Below, piece by piece: positions 17,659 through 27,879 of a DNA stretch of 64,000 bases. A model generated the notes under the pieces. It did no database searches. It had not been told where the DNA came from and worked only from the letters and a program-made list of their open reading frames with translations. The stretch lies in the sequence record MZ475892.1; one strand, 5' to 3'. The position numbers and the translations under genes are program-made. Numbering within the stretch: the first letter of the stretch is position 1; the number at the start of each line of letters is the position of its first letter.

Positions 17659-20600
17659 CTACTGGTATCTGACGGTCAGCACAGAACTGCCGAAAGCACG
17701 CGCATTGGTACGATAGATACAGACAACATCTGTCAGGTTATCGTAGACTCTGCGCCCAACAATCGGTCCTGTTTTACCATCTGATCCCGTTACTGGCCAC
17801 TGAGCACCATCAAAGCCTAACCACGCACGATTCACGTTACCCGTAGCATCAGCAGCAGCGCTGAACACAGGCGTACCGTAATCTTGGCGCACAACAAAGT
17901 AACCATATTCCTCTGTCTTAGTTGACAGTACGAACTGGCCACCTGTGTTAGAACGCAAGCGCGTAGGCAGTTGATCGAGTGCAATGCTTATCGTTGTCAA
18001 ACCGAATGGCGCAACACCGAAACGAGGATAGGATGAATACGCTGTCATGAAGTGGGTCTGCGTCAAACGCTGTTGCCCTTCAATGTACAGTGCTTTCACA
18101 CCAAACTTGGTATCGTTGAGCAACGTACCGATAACCAGCTTACCTGTCTGAGCGTTAATGCTGATACCTTGCACGTCTACAACGTCACCCTTCTCGTTTG
18201 TTATTTGCCACAAACATTTGGCGCTAACATCTTCCTTGTCAAACGTACCAGTACGACCGAGCAATGCGCTGATCTGCATCGCGCTATCATCGCGCACGTT
18301 AGTGTAACCACCCACAGATAAATCTTGAGGGAAGCCAACGCCTGGACAAACGATTGTCTGTGTCAGGCTTATCGTGGTGCGCTGTTCCGTAATGATACAT
18401 TCCACTTGAACAGTCTGTGGGTCCTTCGAAGCAGCAAAACTAAACGTACCGTCTTGTGCTAAGGTGAATCCAGTAGAAGACTTAACAACGTTCCATTGGA
18501 AGGACACAGAGTTAGCATCAGGCAGAACAGACGAGCCTGTCGCACCAGAACGGCGTTCATAGTATGCGATAAACTTGTAGTCTTTGTTCGGCTCAATGTT
18601 TGAAGCAGGGTTCTCGATGGCACCACTAAGGATAGTGTTCAACGTTTGCAGATTAACAGTACGACTACTGGTAATCGTTTCGTCCACCAGCGAGTACGGG
18701 TTCTGCTTGGTAAACGTGGCGTTGATTGTAATCAGGCCATCAGACAACTGAGACTGACCGATATACAGATGACCGTTAAGCTGATCAATCGATACACCAT
18801 CAACGTTGGTGCTTTCCCCAATAGACCACAATGCGTCTGTTGTTGTCAGCTCATCATCAGGGTCGATAATGATACGCAGCGAGAACGGAACGAACCAGCG
18901 GCCATTCTCATACCCAACATCAGGGTTACGATCAGACACGTCCCACACAATATCAGGACCAACGATACCCATTTGACGCAGATACGTGTTAGCCTGTACG
19001 AGGAACACCGTAAGTGTCTTCTCAATCTGATATTGGTCACAGGTATAACGCGCACGCAACGTCACAGCACCATTAACGTTCTGGTTAGGCGTGATGTTAC
19101 CTTCATCGTCAATCACTGCGATTATATCATCGGTCGGCACAAGCACTGTCGTATTATTCGGACCTGCCTGTGTGTAATACTGACCAATGATAGCCCACTC
19201 GGCATACTGCTCAAGTTCGAACGTGGTAGGCTTCTCTTCCAGATATGAACCATCAATCGTTCGCGCTACGCCGCCTGTTTGGTATGTGAGTACGAGCGCA
19301 TAAGACTCGGACAGCACGCCAGCAGAAATCTGAGTAGCACCTTCAATGCGACTGTTGATCACATTGTTGATACTCTCTTTAGGCTTAGGCGAAACGATCA
19401 AATCAATCTTGTTGCTCACACGGAAGAACGAAGCAATCACCTGAGTATACGTCGGATAGAGACACTTGCCCGCTTGCAGTATCGCACCATCGTAGAACGT
19501 ATTCTCCAAATCAGTCAGACTCGCAATGGAGTTGAACATAGGCAACTTGGAGACTTTCATCGCACGGAAGTCTTTGTACGACGCAGGCGTTGAGCCTTCT
19601 ACGATTTCAACAACAGCCATACCACTATAACGACCAGGCGAGAACTGTAGGACTTTGTAATCATCTGTGTCTTTATCCGGCCAGTTGCCAGACCACTGTG
19701 CGGCAGTAACGTATTCCTGAGTACCATCTGCATAGGTTGCGAGCAAACGCACAAAGGTACGTGTATTCGAATACAGGGTGTCAGGACATTCGATAGTGAT
19801 TGAATCCACCAGCGCACGTAACGGGATAAGCTGAATGTCTCGGTAGTTTACCAGCTCAGTGCCTTCGTACTCATAGTGCATCGTAATGCGTGCAGCACCA
19901 TGCAAGTCACCTTGGAAGTAAAGCGAGTATTCATCAAACTGACGTTCCATAATAGGATCATACACGCTGTTGGACGAGGCCGATACGTTCAGCGTTACCC
20001 AGCGAGCATATTCAGGATTATCTGGGTCATACTGCGTTGGGTCCTGACCTTGCTCGACAGCTTCCTGTTGCAGCTTGATGGTACGCTCACGCGCTTCTTC
20101 CTTGGCGCTCGCACTCGGCACGTACTCAACGCTAACAGACGCAGCAGCCGCATACACTTGACCGTCGTTCCACAAACACACAGTCGGCAGCATCAACGTG
20201 TTACCGTTACCGATAGATGAGGAGCTACGCAGATCCACCTGCTTAGGAATCATGATAGTATCATTGATCAAGAACAGGTTTTGGTATGTCTGTGTTGTAC
20301 CTTCTGTGTAAGCAAAGCACAGAGCATATCGCACAGCATCACCATCAACCAGAGGCGCAGTAAACTCACCGCTCTTCGGGTCAACATACGTGAGGGCGTG
20401 TGTATCGGTCGCTGTGTCTGCACGACTGAACCAAACGCCTTGAACCTCTGTGTAAGCTACCACGATCGAGGGGTCACGCGCAGCAATTTGCTCAGGCGTT
20501 GCAGCAGCTAACACATACAGTGCCATAGCCTTAGGACGAATGATTGTGCGCTCAACGATGGTATCAGGAATAACAAGGTCAACAGTCGCAAGCGCAATCT

Positions 20601-22185
20601 CAGGCGCCTTCATCTTAATCTGACGCACAGCCTGAATAGGAGTGACGTCACCAAACTCAGCATACAGCGAGGTCATGTAATCCTGACGCATCACCTTAGA
20701 CTTGAGCGTGGACTCTACAATGTCAGTCCATTCAGAGGTAGAGCGGCACTGCGCAGAGGAGACCTTAGACGTACCATCGTTGTATGTAACGACATATTTG
20801 ATCGCTTGGTCCTGCCCTTGAGCAATCTCGTCATCAACGAGAATCTCCAGATTAACAGGCACAAGGTCTTTGACGCTGCGATTGACAGCAAACTCTTTCG
20901 TCTGCGTCATATCAAACTGACCCTGGAAGTCTACCGTGATATCCAGAGTGGTGTCAGCATCAACACTAGGCAGTACCAGAGTCGAACCGTTGAACGTACC
21001 CAGAGTAGAACTCAATTTGACCATGCCGCTATCAGTCAGGTCTTTTGTCTGGCCAGTAGTTTTATACAGACCGTACACTTTGACCTTAGCGCTTGAGTTA
21101 CCGTACAGGCTAGACGTTTCAATTGTTAGCTCGTCTGGGTCAGGCTCAACGCCGATAGGATAGATGCGACTCTCCAGCACTTGGCTTGTGGTGTTATAGC
21201 GCAAAGTAAGGCTAATCGATGTGATAGCAAGAGGCTCATTGAAACGCACAGCATTACCGTCACGCTCTGCAATCCATGAACTGTCTTCTACCCACACTTC
21301 GACTGTTTGTTCTGTGTTGTCACTGTAACTGATAACAGCACCGAACGTCATCCACTCACCACCACGAATGAACTCAGGCTGAATGAATGAGATAGCAGAC
21401 TGCAAAGGACTGCCTACAGTGAATCGGCGGATAGGCTCTACCACTGTATGTGCACCGATATAAATCTGCGCTGTCATGTTGATTGCAGCGTACACGCCTT
21501 CGAGAACTTCTTCGATAGGCGCCCACTGATAGAACAGCTCGGAGATGCGACGATAGAACATTGCACTACGCGCCGTGTATTGCTCAACATCGTTGTTCAC
21601 AGGGTCAAAGCCAATGTGGTTGTTGAACCAGTCTTCGGCTTCTGTCTGCGTCAACCCTACTTGCTGTAGCGCATTCACAACATCGGTCTGCGCGTCTTTT
21701 GTGATCGTCAGGTCAAGGCCACCGTCAATCAGATGTGCATCGACTTCAAGATTAACCTTGTTCGTCTTATACCACTGGCCACCATCTTGAATCAAAGCAC
21801 CAAGAGGCGTAGGCAGGAATGTCTGATAGTCCGCTGTGTACAGGCGGTTAGTATCAAACTGGCCACCTAGCAACAGACCAACAAACTTGTTCCACTGTGT
21901 TGTTCCACTGACTTGCTGCCAATCAGGCAAGCAATCGATAACACGCTTTAACGTAGGCAGACGCGCGCTCATCAGGTCACGCGTCAAGTTGATGCCTAAC
22001 TGGCGAATGGATGCAGCCGCCAGTTCATCGTTAGAGTCAGCATTGATGCGACGAAGGTCTAACAGTTGTTGAATAGCTGTCAGGTTTTGTTCGTCGTTGT
22101 GATCATCAAAGATTTGGAACAACTCAGCCCACGCTTCATTCGACTCAACAAAGTCGATGTTAAAGGCTATTGAGTTAGTCTTCAC
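17659..22185 (-). CDS. Large baseplate wedge protein (gp7-like position) with Ig-like repeats
   Basis: 1508 aa, immediately after the gp6-like gene; LRQLG..L-type N-terminus; many beta-rich repeats. Confidence 0.6.
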   Translation of the reverse strand: MKTNSIAFNIDFVESNEAWAELFQIFDDHNDEQNLTAIQQLLDLRRINADSNDELAAASIRQLGINLTRDLMSARLPTLKRVIDCLPDWQQVSGTTQWNKFVGLLLGGQFDTNRLYTADYQTFLPTPLGALIQDGGQWYKTNKVNLEVDAHLIDGGLDLTITKDAQTDVVNALQQVGLTQTEAEDWFNNHIGFDPVNNDVEQYTARSAMFYRRISELFYQWAPIEEVLEGVYAAINMTAQIYIGAHTVVEPIRRFTVGSPLQSAISFIQPEFIRGGEWMTFGAVISYSDNTEQTVEVWVEDSSWIAERDGNAVRFNEPLAITSISLTLRYNTTSQVLESRIYPIGVEPDPDELTIETSSLYGNSSAKVKVYGLYKTTGQTKDLTDSGMVKLSSTLGTFNGSTLVLPSVDADTTLDITVDFQGQFDMTQTKEFAVNRSVKDLVPVNLEILVDDEIAQGQDQAIKYVVTYNDGTSKVSSAQCRSTSEWTDIVESTLKSKVMRQDYMTSLYAEFGDVTPIQAVRQIKMKAPEIALATVDLVIPDTIVERTIIRPKAMALYVLAAATPEQIAARDPSIVVAYTEVQGVWFSRADTATDTHALTYVDPKSGEFTAPLVDGDAVRYALCFAYTEGTTQTYQNLFLINDTIMIPKQVDLRSSSSIGNGNTLMLPTVCLWNDGQVYAAAASVSVEYVPSASAKEEARERTIKLQQEAVEQGQDPTQYDPDNPEYARWVTLNVSASSNSVYDPIMERQFDEYSLYFQGDLHGAARITMHYEYEGTELVNYRDIQLIPLRALVDSITIECPDTLYSNTRTFVRLLATYADGTQEYVTAAQWSGNWPDKDTDDYKVLQFSPGRYSGMAVVEIVEGSTPASYKDFRAMKVSKLPMFNSIASLTDLENTFYDGAILQAGKCLYPTYTQVIASFFRVSNKIDLIVSPKPKESINNVINSRIEGATQISAGVLSESYALVLTYQTGGVARTIDGSYLEEKPTTFELEQYAEWAIIGQYYTQAGPNNTTVLVPTDDIIAVIDDEGNITPNQNVNGAVTLRARYTCDQYQIEKTLTVFLVQANTYLRQMGIVGPDIVWDVSDRNPDVGYENGRWFVPFSLRIIIDPDDELTTTDALWSIGESTNVDGVSIDQLNGHLYIGQSQLSDGLITINATFTKQNPYSLVDETITSSRTVNLQTLNTILSGAIENPASNIEPNKDYKFIAYYERRSGATGSSVLPDANSVSFQWNVVKSSTGFTLAQDGTFSFAASKDPQTVQVECIITEQRTTISLTQTIVCPGVGFPQDLSVGGYTNVRDDSAMQISALLGRTGTFDKEDVSAKCLWQITNEKGDVVDVQGISINAQTGKLVIGTLLNDTKFGVKALYIEGQQRLTQTHFMTAYSSYPRFGVAPFGLTTISIALDQLPTRLRSNTGGQFVLSTKTEEYGYFVVRQDYGTPVFSAAADATGNVNRAWLGFDGAQWPVTGSDGKTGPIVGRRVYDNLTDVVCIYRTNARAFGSSVLTVRYQ

Positions 22186-23645
22186 TGATTCATCTTCCTT
22201 TCGCTATAAAGGATATTGACTCGCAGGTTACGCAGCGCAACATACTCAAGCACGGTGTTAGGAATGATATCCTGAACAGGACTTGGGATATTGCAGTAGT
22301 CCACTTCTGGGCGGCGCACTGGCTTGTCTGGGTCTGTCCAATCGTACAGCACACGGTCAGTAATGTCAGACAGCGCAAGACGTTTACCCAACATGCCCGG
22401 TCGGCGCTCAAACAACTTGAGGACAGACGCTTCCAGCACAGACTGATTCGACTCACGCGTACCTGGTGCATCAGCGTAAAGCGACACATCCAGTACACAG
22501 TCGATCTGCAACTTGTCAGGGTTCCATGATTGAATATCGAGTGGGCTGCTGTACTGTGAAAGCCAGTTGAGGAACTTAGTCCACTGTGCCGACGAAGGGT
22601 TCGGGTTGATGCCGCCCCACGAGCTGGTGTTACGAGGCAGCACACAGATGCGTACAACGCCTTGCCACTCTTTGTCGTTAGGTGCTATCTCTGCTTGCCC
22701 CTGAACAACAACGTCAGCAACGTCTGGATAGAGCGCACACGCCGCCTTCCATTCATCACGACGAATCAGTTTCTTGCGGCTACGACCAACAATCGGGCTG
22801 TAGTTGCGATAATACTCAGGAGGAGTTTCATCAGAACCACCAAGCGCGGCAGTAGTAGTCTTGCCTTGAAGCTGAGGGTTATCTAAGCACTGCACTTTCA
22901 GGCCCATGCTGTCAGTATTACCAGCAGCGCCTACCGCCTTGATGCCCTGAACTTTCATTGTATAGCCAGCTGGTGGTTTGATTCCCCACTGCTCACCACC
23001 GAACTGAATCTCAACGTCACCGCTATCTGTCGTCACATCTAGGAAGATCTGTTGTCCAGCATACGCTTCAAACAAACACTTCTCATAGCGCTGATACTCA
23101 GTCTTAGTACCAGTAGGATGTTCGAACCAGACACGCAGGTCAGACGTAAGCTCAAAGTTCTCGGTACCTAAAGCAACAGTCATGTAATCATACGGGTTAG
23201 TGATCACTTGGCTGAACGTGAACATGCTACCGATAATCAAATCAACTGTCTTGACTTCGCCTGGTGCCCATTGAGTTACTTCGGACAGGAGAGCATTACT
23301 ATCGCCTACAGTGAATGCCGTGTACTTGTCATAACTGACTTTCACAGCGCTCAGGTTAGCGATGGTGGCACTAACAGTAGACGTTGACTTGCGTCCAATG
23401 TCCACACCAAGATAGCGGGCGTTAGCGAGGAGGCTTGTGTTACGACGAGCAAGACGGCTGAACGCTTCACGCGCTGCAATCAGTGTAGCCCACGAGTTAG
23501 ATACACCGATATCGCCAAGAGCATCGGCAAGGAGTGCAGTCAATGAACTGACTTGACTATCAGTCCAGTAAGAAGATTCGTTGATACGCTTGAGGAAGTC
23601 TTGGGCAAACTCCTCGTGCGTAGTGTACGTGTTAAGCATGGACAT
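22182..23645 (-). CDS. Baseplate wedge protein (T4 gp6 / baseplate J-like)
   Basis: EIQFGGEQWGIKP, GAAGN, LGGSDETP..., LIRRDEW, YPDVADVVV motifs. Confidence 0.8.
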   Translation of the reverse strand: MSMLNTYTTHEEFAQDFLKRINESSYWTDSQVSSLTALLADALGDIGVSNSWATLIAAREAFSRLARRNTSLLANARYLGVDIGRKSTSTVSATIANLSAVKVSYDKYTAFTVGDSNALLSEVTQWAPGEVKTVDLIIGSMFTFSQVITNPYDYMTVALGTENFELTSDLRVWFEHPTGTKTEYQRYEKCLFEAYAGQQIFLDVTTDSGDVEIQFGGEQWGIKPPAGYTMKVQGIKAVGAAGNTDSMGLKVQCLDNPQLQGKTTTAALGGSDETPPEYYRNYSPIVGRSRKKLIRRDEWKAACALYPDVADVVVQGQAEIAPNDKEWQGVVRICVLPRNTSSWGGINPNPSSAQWTKFLNWLSQYSSPLDIQSWNPDKLQIDCVLDVSLYADAPGTRESNQSVLEASVLKLFERRPGMLGKRLALSDITDRVLYDWTDPDKPVRRPEVDYCNIPSPVQDIIPNTVLEYVALRNLRVNILYSERKMNQ

Positions 23646-24064
23646 TATTGGGCCCTCATGGCAAACGTAACTGACTGCGTGTTTTCCAGTTTAGGACAAC
23701 GCCAGTTGATGGTACACACATAGGTCTGATCGTACTGAGCGCTCATACCACACGTTGTCCGTACATCGGTAACGTCATCAGTCAACCCGTTCGCTGGGTC
23801 TTCTAGTGCGATACGCATGTAGGTTGCAATCCACTGTGCGGTCTTATCATCAAACGGTTCGAACAGGTATTGATAGACGTCAGCACCAAACGCTTCACGC
23901 CATTTACGTGAACGCTTTCTCGTACCAACAACCATCAGAATCTTTTGGACGATGCTGTCCATGTTCTGAACGTTATCGCGAGGCTCAAGATGAATCCACA
24001 CGTTAACGTCACAGTAAACACGCTCGGAGACAGGCACGTCAATCAAACGAATAGCGATAGCCAT
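23645..24064 (-). CDS. Baseplate gp25-like protein
   Basis: 139 aa; GTRKRS...FGADVYQYLFEP motif, between PAAR and gp6. Confidence 0.8.
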   Translation of the reverse strand: MAIAIRLIDVPVSERVYCDVNVWIHLEPRDNVQNMDSIVQKILMVVGTRKRSRKWREAFGADVYQYLFEPFDDKTAQWIATYMRIALEDPANGLTDDVTDVRTTCGMSAQYDQTYVCTINWRCPKLENTQSVTFAMRAQ

Positions 24065-24354
24065 TAGCCAAATCTCACGTTGTTGCTGCCATTGGATGCG
24101 GTGTCATTGCACGTATTAGGGTCACCATTGCGCTGAGCAGGCTTACCGTTAACACGCACAGTCGAACTGGAAATAGCGTAGCCCACATGCGGTGGTTTCT
24201 TAGGAGCTGAGTGCGGTTGATACGCATCTCCATGACGCACGCTCCCCTTACCATTGATCATGACATTAGCTGAGGCTTGTACTGCGACAACAGGGTAGAA
24301 CCCGTTGTGTCCTGTGGACAGGTCTGCGCCTAACCGAATTGCTTTCTGGCCCAT
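24064..24354 (-). CDS. PAAR-like spike tip protein (T4 gp5.4-like)
   Basis: AIRLGAD...GH...VMINGKGSVRHGD...H...VRVNGKPAQRNGD...C...GSNNV. Confidence 0.9.
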   Translation of the reverse strand: MGQKAIRLGADLSTGHNGFYPVVAVQASANVMINGKGSVRHGDAYQPHSAPKKPPHVGYAISSSTVRVNGKPAQRNGDPNTCNDTASNGSNNVRFG

Positions 24355-24377
24355 TGTTATTCTCCTCTGTTAGGCAC

Positions 24378-24385
24378 AAATTAGC
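24378..24385 (-). promoter_or_regulatory. GCTAATTT putative late promoter
   Basis: Exact motif between a terminator and the PAAR ATG (24 nt upstream). Confidence 0.6.
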
Positions 24386-24403
24386 TTTATACGCGACAGA
24401 AAC

Positions 24404-24430
24404 AAAAACGGGCAGCCTAATGGCCACCCG
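24404..24430 (-). terminator. Rho-independent terminator
   Basis: - strand CGGGTGGCC-ATTA-GGCTGCCCG-TTTTTGTTT. Confidence 0.75.
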
Positions 24431-24453
24431 GTTCTTGCGCTTGGATTTTGTCG

Positions 24454-24615
24454 CTATTCCCACATCCCTCGAACGTGTGCCACTGTGCCCTCAAGCACGT
24501 AGCCGGAATGAATAGAGGAAGGATAGACTGCCTGAGGTCCTTCCTGTAACGATAACAACCGACCAAGCATTGCGATTGCTATCAGCGACAATATGAGCAG
24601 TACAATCGTCATCAT
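24454..24615 (-). CDS. Putative 53-aa single-pass membrane peptide
   Basis: Translated by hand: MMTIVLLILSLIAIAMLGRLLSLQEGPQAVYPSSIHSGYVLEGTVAHVRGMWE*. Ends just before the terminator; the SD is weak. Confidence 0.4.
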   Translation of the reverse strand: MMTIVLLILSLIAIAMLGRLLSLQEGPQAVYPSSIHSGYVLEGTVAHVRGMWE

Positions 24616-24714
24616 ATCGTCGTTACTCTTCTTTTGGCCGAACGGTATTGCATGGTTTGATCAGATTACTCCGCTGCCTATCGTCCACGATCACTTAGGT
24701 TTCAGTTTCTTCAT

Positions 24715-25580
24715 CTCTTTACCGCCTGCGCTGCGGTCAAGCCGCACACCCTGCACACGAATCTAACACAAAGGGGCGGAAGAACCTTTATGCTCGAAAC
24801 ATGCACCTGGCGAAGGAGGCCACGCATCGGTGATCTGCTGGTGTTAACACACTTTTAAGGCCTTTCTTTTGTGCACCATTCAAGAGACAGGGCCACCAGC
24901 TAGTGATCTCTTTAAGGTATCGCACTGACTTGTGAACAAGTCACGGGTTGAAAACTATACACTTCCATATGCGCATCGGGAGAAACGCATAAGGCTGATG
25001 CACAGCTTTGACTAAGAAGGATTGCGCCCGTCGCCCGACTTCACTTGGGTATCGACAATCGTTCTCTCTTACTCCCTTGAGTACAGCGCAAGGAACACTG
25101 AGTCAATGAGTAGTCTGCGGGTGTTACTCACTAGAGGGTGAAAGCCTTTTAGATTCTTTATTCTGCGCAGCACCTTAATGGACTTGAATCGCCCGCTGGA
25201 GTATCCAATAAGGCCCTCTCGGTTAGGCACCTTGCTGCACAGAAAACCCGGGGAGTACGTTACCATATAAAACGACTCTCCCCAATGCATACCAGAGCGA
25301 CTTGATATGCATCAGGCAGTGAACGTTTGCAGAAGTTCAACTGCTTTGCTTCCCGCAGAACTAGAGCCACACCGTTGAGTATACGGTCCACAGTAGTTAC
25401 ATGCCTAGAGGATATTGCCTTGGAGTTTATGTCCTATGGAATAACCGGGCTCGTCGCGTCGGTGCCACAGCAATATTCTATCATGTGGTGCTGGGGTTGT
25501 TCCCCACATTATGCGATTGCTCGCAACCAGCTGGAGGTCTGCGTCCGATGAAAAGAATAACTAAGACGCAGATGAGCTTT
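24715..25580 (+). ncRNA. Candidate large structured non-coding RNA (~0.87 kb), family unknown
   Basis: No credible ORF; about 20 adjacent or nested hairpins; most non-canonical pairs read as G-U on +; GAAA and GGGA tetraloops on +. Boundaries are approximate. Confidence 0.6.
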
Positions 25581-25672
25581 TCAGAAAAAACAGCACACCA
25601 AGAAAATTGGCTAAACTCAGTGTGCGTATAGATATTACTATCTACAATTTTTATTTACAGATTTTTCTGAGA

Positions 25673-27436
25673 TTAGAATGCCTTACGTTCAACATTCGAA
25701 TAATACGTTTCGTACGGCTCAGAATACAACTCAGGACCGCGCTGCGCACGCACAGTAACATAGCCTGTATGGCGATTCACTGCGGTGATTTCGATAGTAG
25801 GCTGTTTAGGCTTAATCGTGCCGTAGATAGGCGCGTTCATCGTTGGTGGGTCTGTCTGAATCTTGTTTACAGATTGCAGTGCAGCACCAGACAGCGTAGG
25901 GAACTTAAAGCGCAATTCAGCACGCGTGCGCCCTGTAGCGATCTTGATACTACCCGCAGGCAGTTCAACGCCGCTCTGTTTCAAGTAAGCTGCGATGCGA
26001 CGACCGATACCCGCCAATTGGTTCTTAGCGACAGGGTCCATCAGACCATCGAAGCTAATGGCTGATTGCGGTTGATTCACTGACAGATGCATACCAGTGT
26101 TGAAGTAGCCTTCTGCGAGGAAGCGATACAACTGACGAACAATCTCAGGAGTGTTCTGTGCGATCACAGGCGTCAACAACTCAGGTGGGTTGGTCTTCAT
26201 TGGGTCGCGGTATTCAACCTGACCTTGCGAGTAACCCATGCTGATATGCTTAACACGAGGATAAGCAGACTGCAACGAACCAGTAGAGCGAATCAGGATA
26301 GAGCCAGACTTCGCTTGATCATACAGCTCATCGCTGGTGGTTGTTGAGAACAGGAAGTAGTCGGTAGGCACAGCCATACGACCGATAGCTTCGATTGCTT
26401 TCGTCTGTACTTCTTTGATCGTCGAGCCGAACACTACACGACTGCGATTAGGCTGAGCGGTAGACACAGCAAAGAATGCACCGTACACCACCTTCTGGTC
26501 TTTGACGATAGGCGAAGCAGACTTAACCTTTTGACCGCCTGGCAGTGGAGGTAGCTTAACGCCCACCAGCTTGCCTTTAGTGATTGCTTTGTTAGCAACA
26601 ACAGGCTTCAAGGAAGACAGCAATTTGTTCAACTCAGACCCGTCAAGAATCTTCTCCAGCGGAACAACGAGGTTCTGCGGCAGATAGTGTTTCTTGCGCA
26701 ACGTATAGATAACGGTGTCTTTCTTGATCTGTAACGGAGTAGCCATGTTACGACCAGCTTGACCAACAGGCTGGAACGTATTCGCTTTGTCCTGACCAAC
26801 AGAGCCGAACTCTTTGTCAAACACAGACTGACCGATGATGTTCGCTGCACGCAGATGACCACGCACGTTGAACACAATCTTAGGTTCATCTTTCATGCGC
26901 AACTCATAGCGGTCACGCGTCAGATAGACCATACTGAACTTGTCGCCTTTCTCCAGCTCAAGGTCATACTCATCGTTAGCGTCATCGATAACAACTTTCT
27001 TACCCTGATAGGTAGCGTACACGCGAGCGGCAGCAGACTCCGAAGCAATCTTCAACGCTACGCCACAGTTAGACAGCGCGGTAGCATAGTTGGTTGCGTG
27101 GAACAGCGCGTCGTTCGATTCCGTGATAGCGACTTCTTTACCGCGTACGCCCAGAGCGAGGTGGATAGCGCTAGAGCTGGACATGAACACAGTGTGACCT
27201 GTATCTTCATGCTTACCAGCAAAGGACATACCACTAACACGCGACACAGACAGCGCATTCAGGTGCGGAGTAGTGAACGTATCACCCGCAGCAAAGTCAA
27301 AGATTTCACCTTGACGCCACGCGTAACCGATGTTGTTTGAACTCAAGCCAACAAACGCATCACCCACCTGTCGAATCGTAGTAGGGATAATGCTGAGATC
27401 GCGGACGATCTGATTTTGTTTCTGAATGATGGTCAT
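25673..27436 (-). CDS. Hypothetical protein, probable internal head protein
   Basis: 587 aa; contains ASESA and a copy of the domain shared with 40130, 48729 and 55962. Confidence 0.6.
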   Translation of the reverse strand: MTIIQKQNQIVRDLSIIPTTIRQVGDAFVGLSSNNIGYAWRQGEIFDFAAGDTFTTPHLNALSVSRVSGMSFAGKHEDTGHTVFMSSSSAIHLALGVRGKEVAITESNDALFHATNYATALSNCGVALKIASESAAARVYATYQGKKVVIDDANDEYDLELEKGDKFSMVYLTRDRYELRMKDEPKIVFNVRGHLRAANIIGQSVFDKEFGSVGQDKANTFQPVGQAGRNMATPLQIKKDTVIYTLRKKHYLPQNLVVPLEKILDGSELNKLLSSLKPVVANKAITKGKLVGVKLPPLPGGQKVKSASPIVKDQKVVYGAFFAVSTAQPNRSRVVFGSTIKEVQTKAIEAIGRMAVPTDYFLFSTTTSDELYDQAKSGSILIRSTGSLQSAYPRVKHISMGYSQGQVEYRDPMKTNPPELLTPVIAQNTPEIVRQLYRFLAEGYFNTGMHLSVNQPQSAISFDGLMDPVAKNQLAGIGRRIAAYLKQSGVELPAGSIKIATGRTRAELRFKFPTLSGAALQSVNKIQTDPPTMNAPIYGTIKPKQPTIEITAVNRHTGYVTVRAQRGPELYSEPYETYYSNVERKAF

Positions 27437-27444
27437 ATTGATCC

Positions 27445-27879
27445 CTAATACGAAACAAGGCGGAAGGCATTCTTCTTGAGAAGATTCAAATTGCCTAACA
27501 TGAGACTGTAGGCCATTGTGCCGTGCTCTTTAATAAGCTCGTCAGGCACAAGTGAACCGAAATAAATTGAGCGGTCAGGACGTGAGTTAATCTCTACGCC
27601 ACTGGACTTCATTACATTCGGTACGATGAAGCACCAAGGCTCTGCAACGTACTTACCTTTCACATACTGAACTCTATAGCCAACGGCAACGCGCTGGCCT
27701 TTCGGCGGGCTGTATGAAAAGACATCCGTCTGCAATTCGAGGGCTTTCGACACGGAGAAAAGCGCCATAGTCAGAAAGCGTTGCTCGAATTGTGGAATGA
27801 ATGCGTTGTCTTCGCATATCTTTTTCAGTACAGCCTCTTGCCGTGCTCGTGGGAACGAAGCGAAGAGGCTCAGGTTCAT
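27445..27879 (-). CDS. Hypothetical protein
   Basis: 144 aa; start overlaps the tmk stop by 4 nt. Confidence 0.6.
   Translation of the reverse strand: MNLSLFASFPRARQEAVLKKICEDNAFIPQFEQRFLTMALFSVSKALELQTDVFSYSPPKGQRVAVGYRVQYVKGKYVAEPWCFIVPNVMKSSGVEINSRPDRSIYFGSLVPDELIKEHGTMAYSLMLGNLNLLKKNAFRLVSY

Noticed and set aside
24657-24684. Sigma70-like promoter for the + RNA (TTGATC-N16-TATCGT)
   Set aside because: The match is too weak to call without TSS data.
24715-25580. Group I/II intron, tRNA, tmRNA or RNase P identity for the structured region
   Set aside because: No split host ORF, no P7 or domain V consensus, no T-loop/CCA ends and no RNase P core were recognised by eye; cmscan is needed to exclude these firmly.
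25530-25590. Hammerhead ribozyme (CCGATGA, CAGATGA; also CTGATGC near 24995)
   Set aside because: None matches CUGANGA with a correctly placed GAAA and stem II/III arrangement.
25069-25631. Short ORFs inside the structured gap (25069-25290, 25327-25551, 25401-25631)
   Set aside because: No convincing SD, they overlap each other, and their composition is atypical; base-pairing explains the sequence better.
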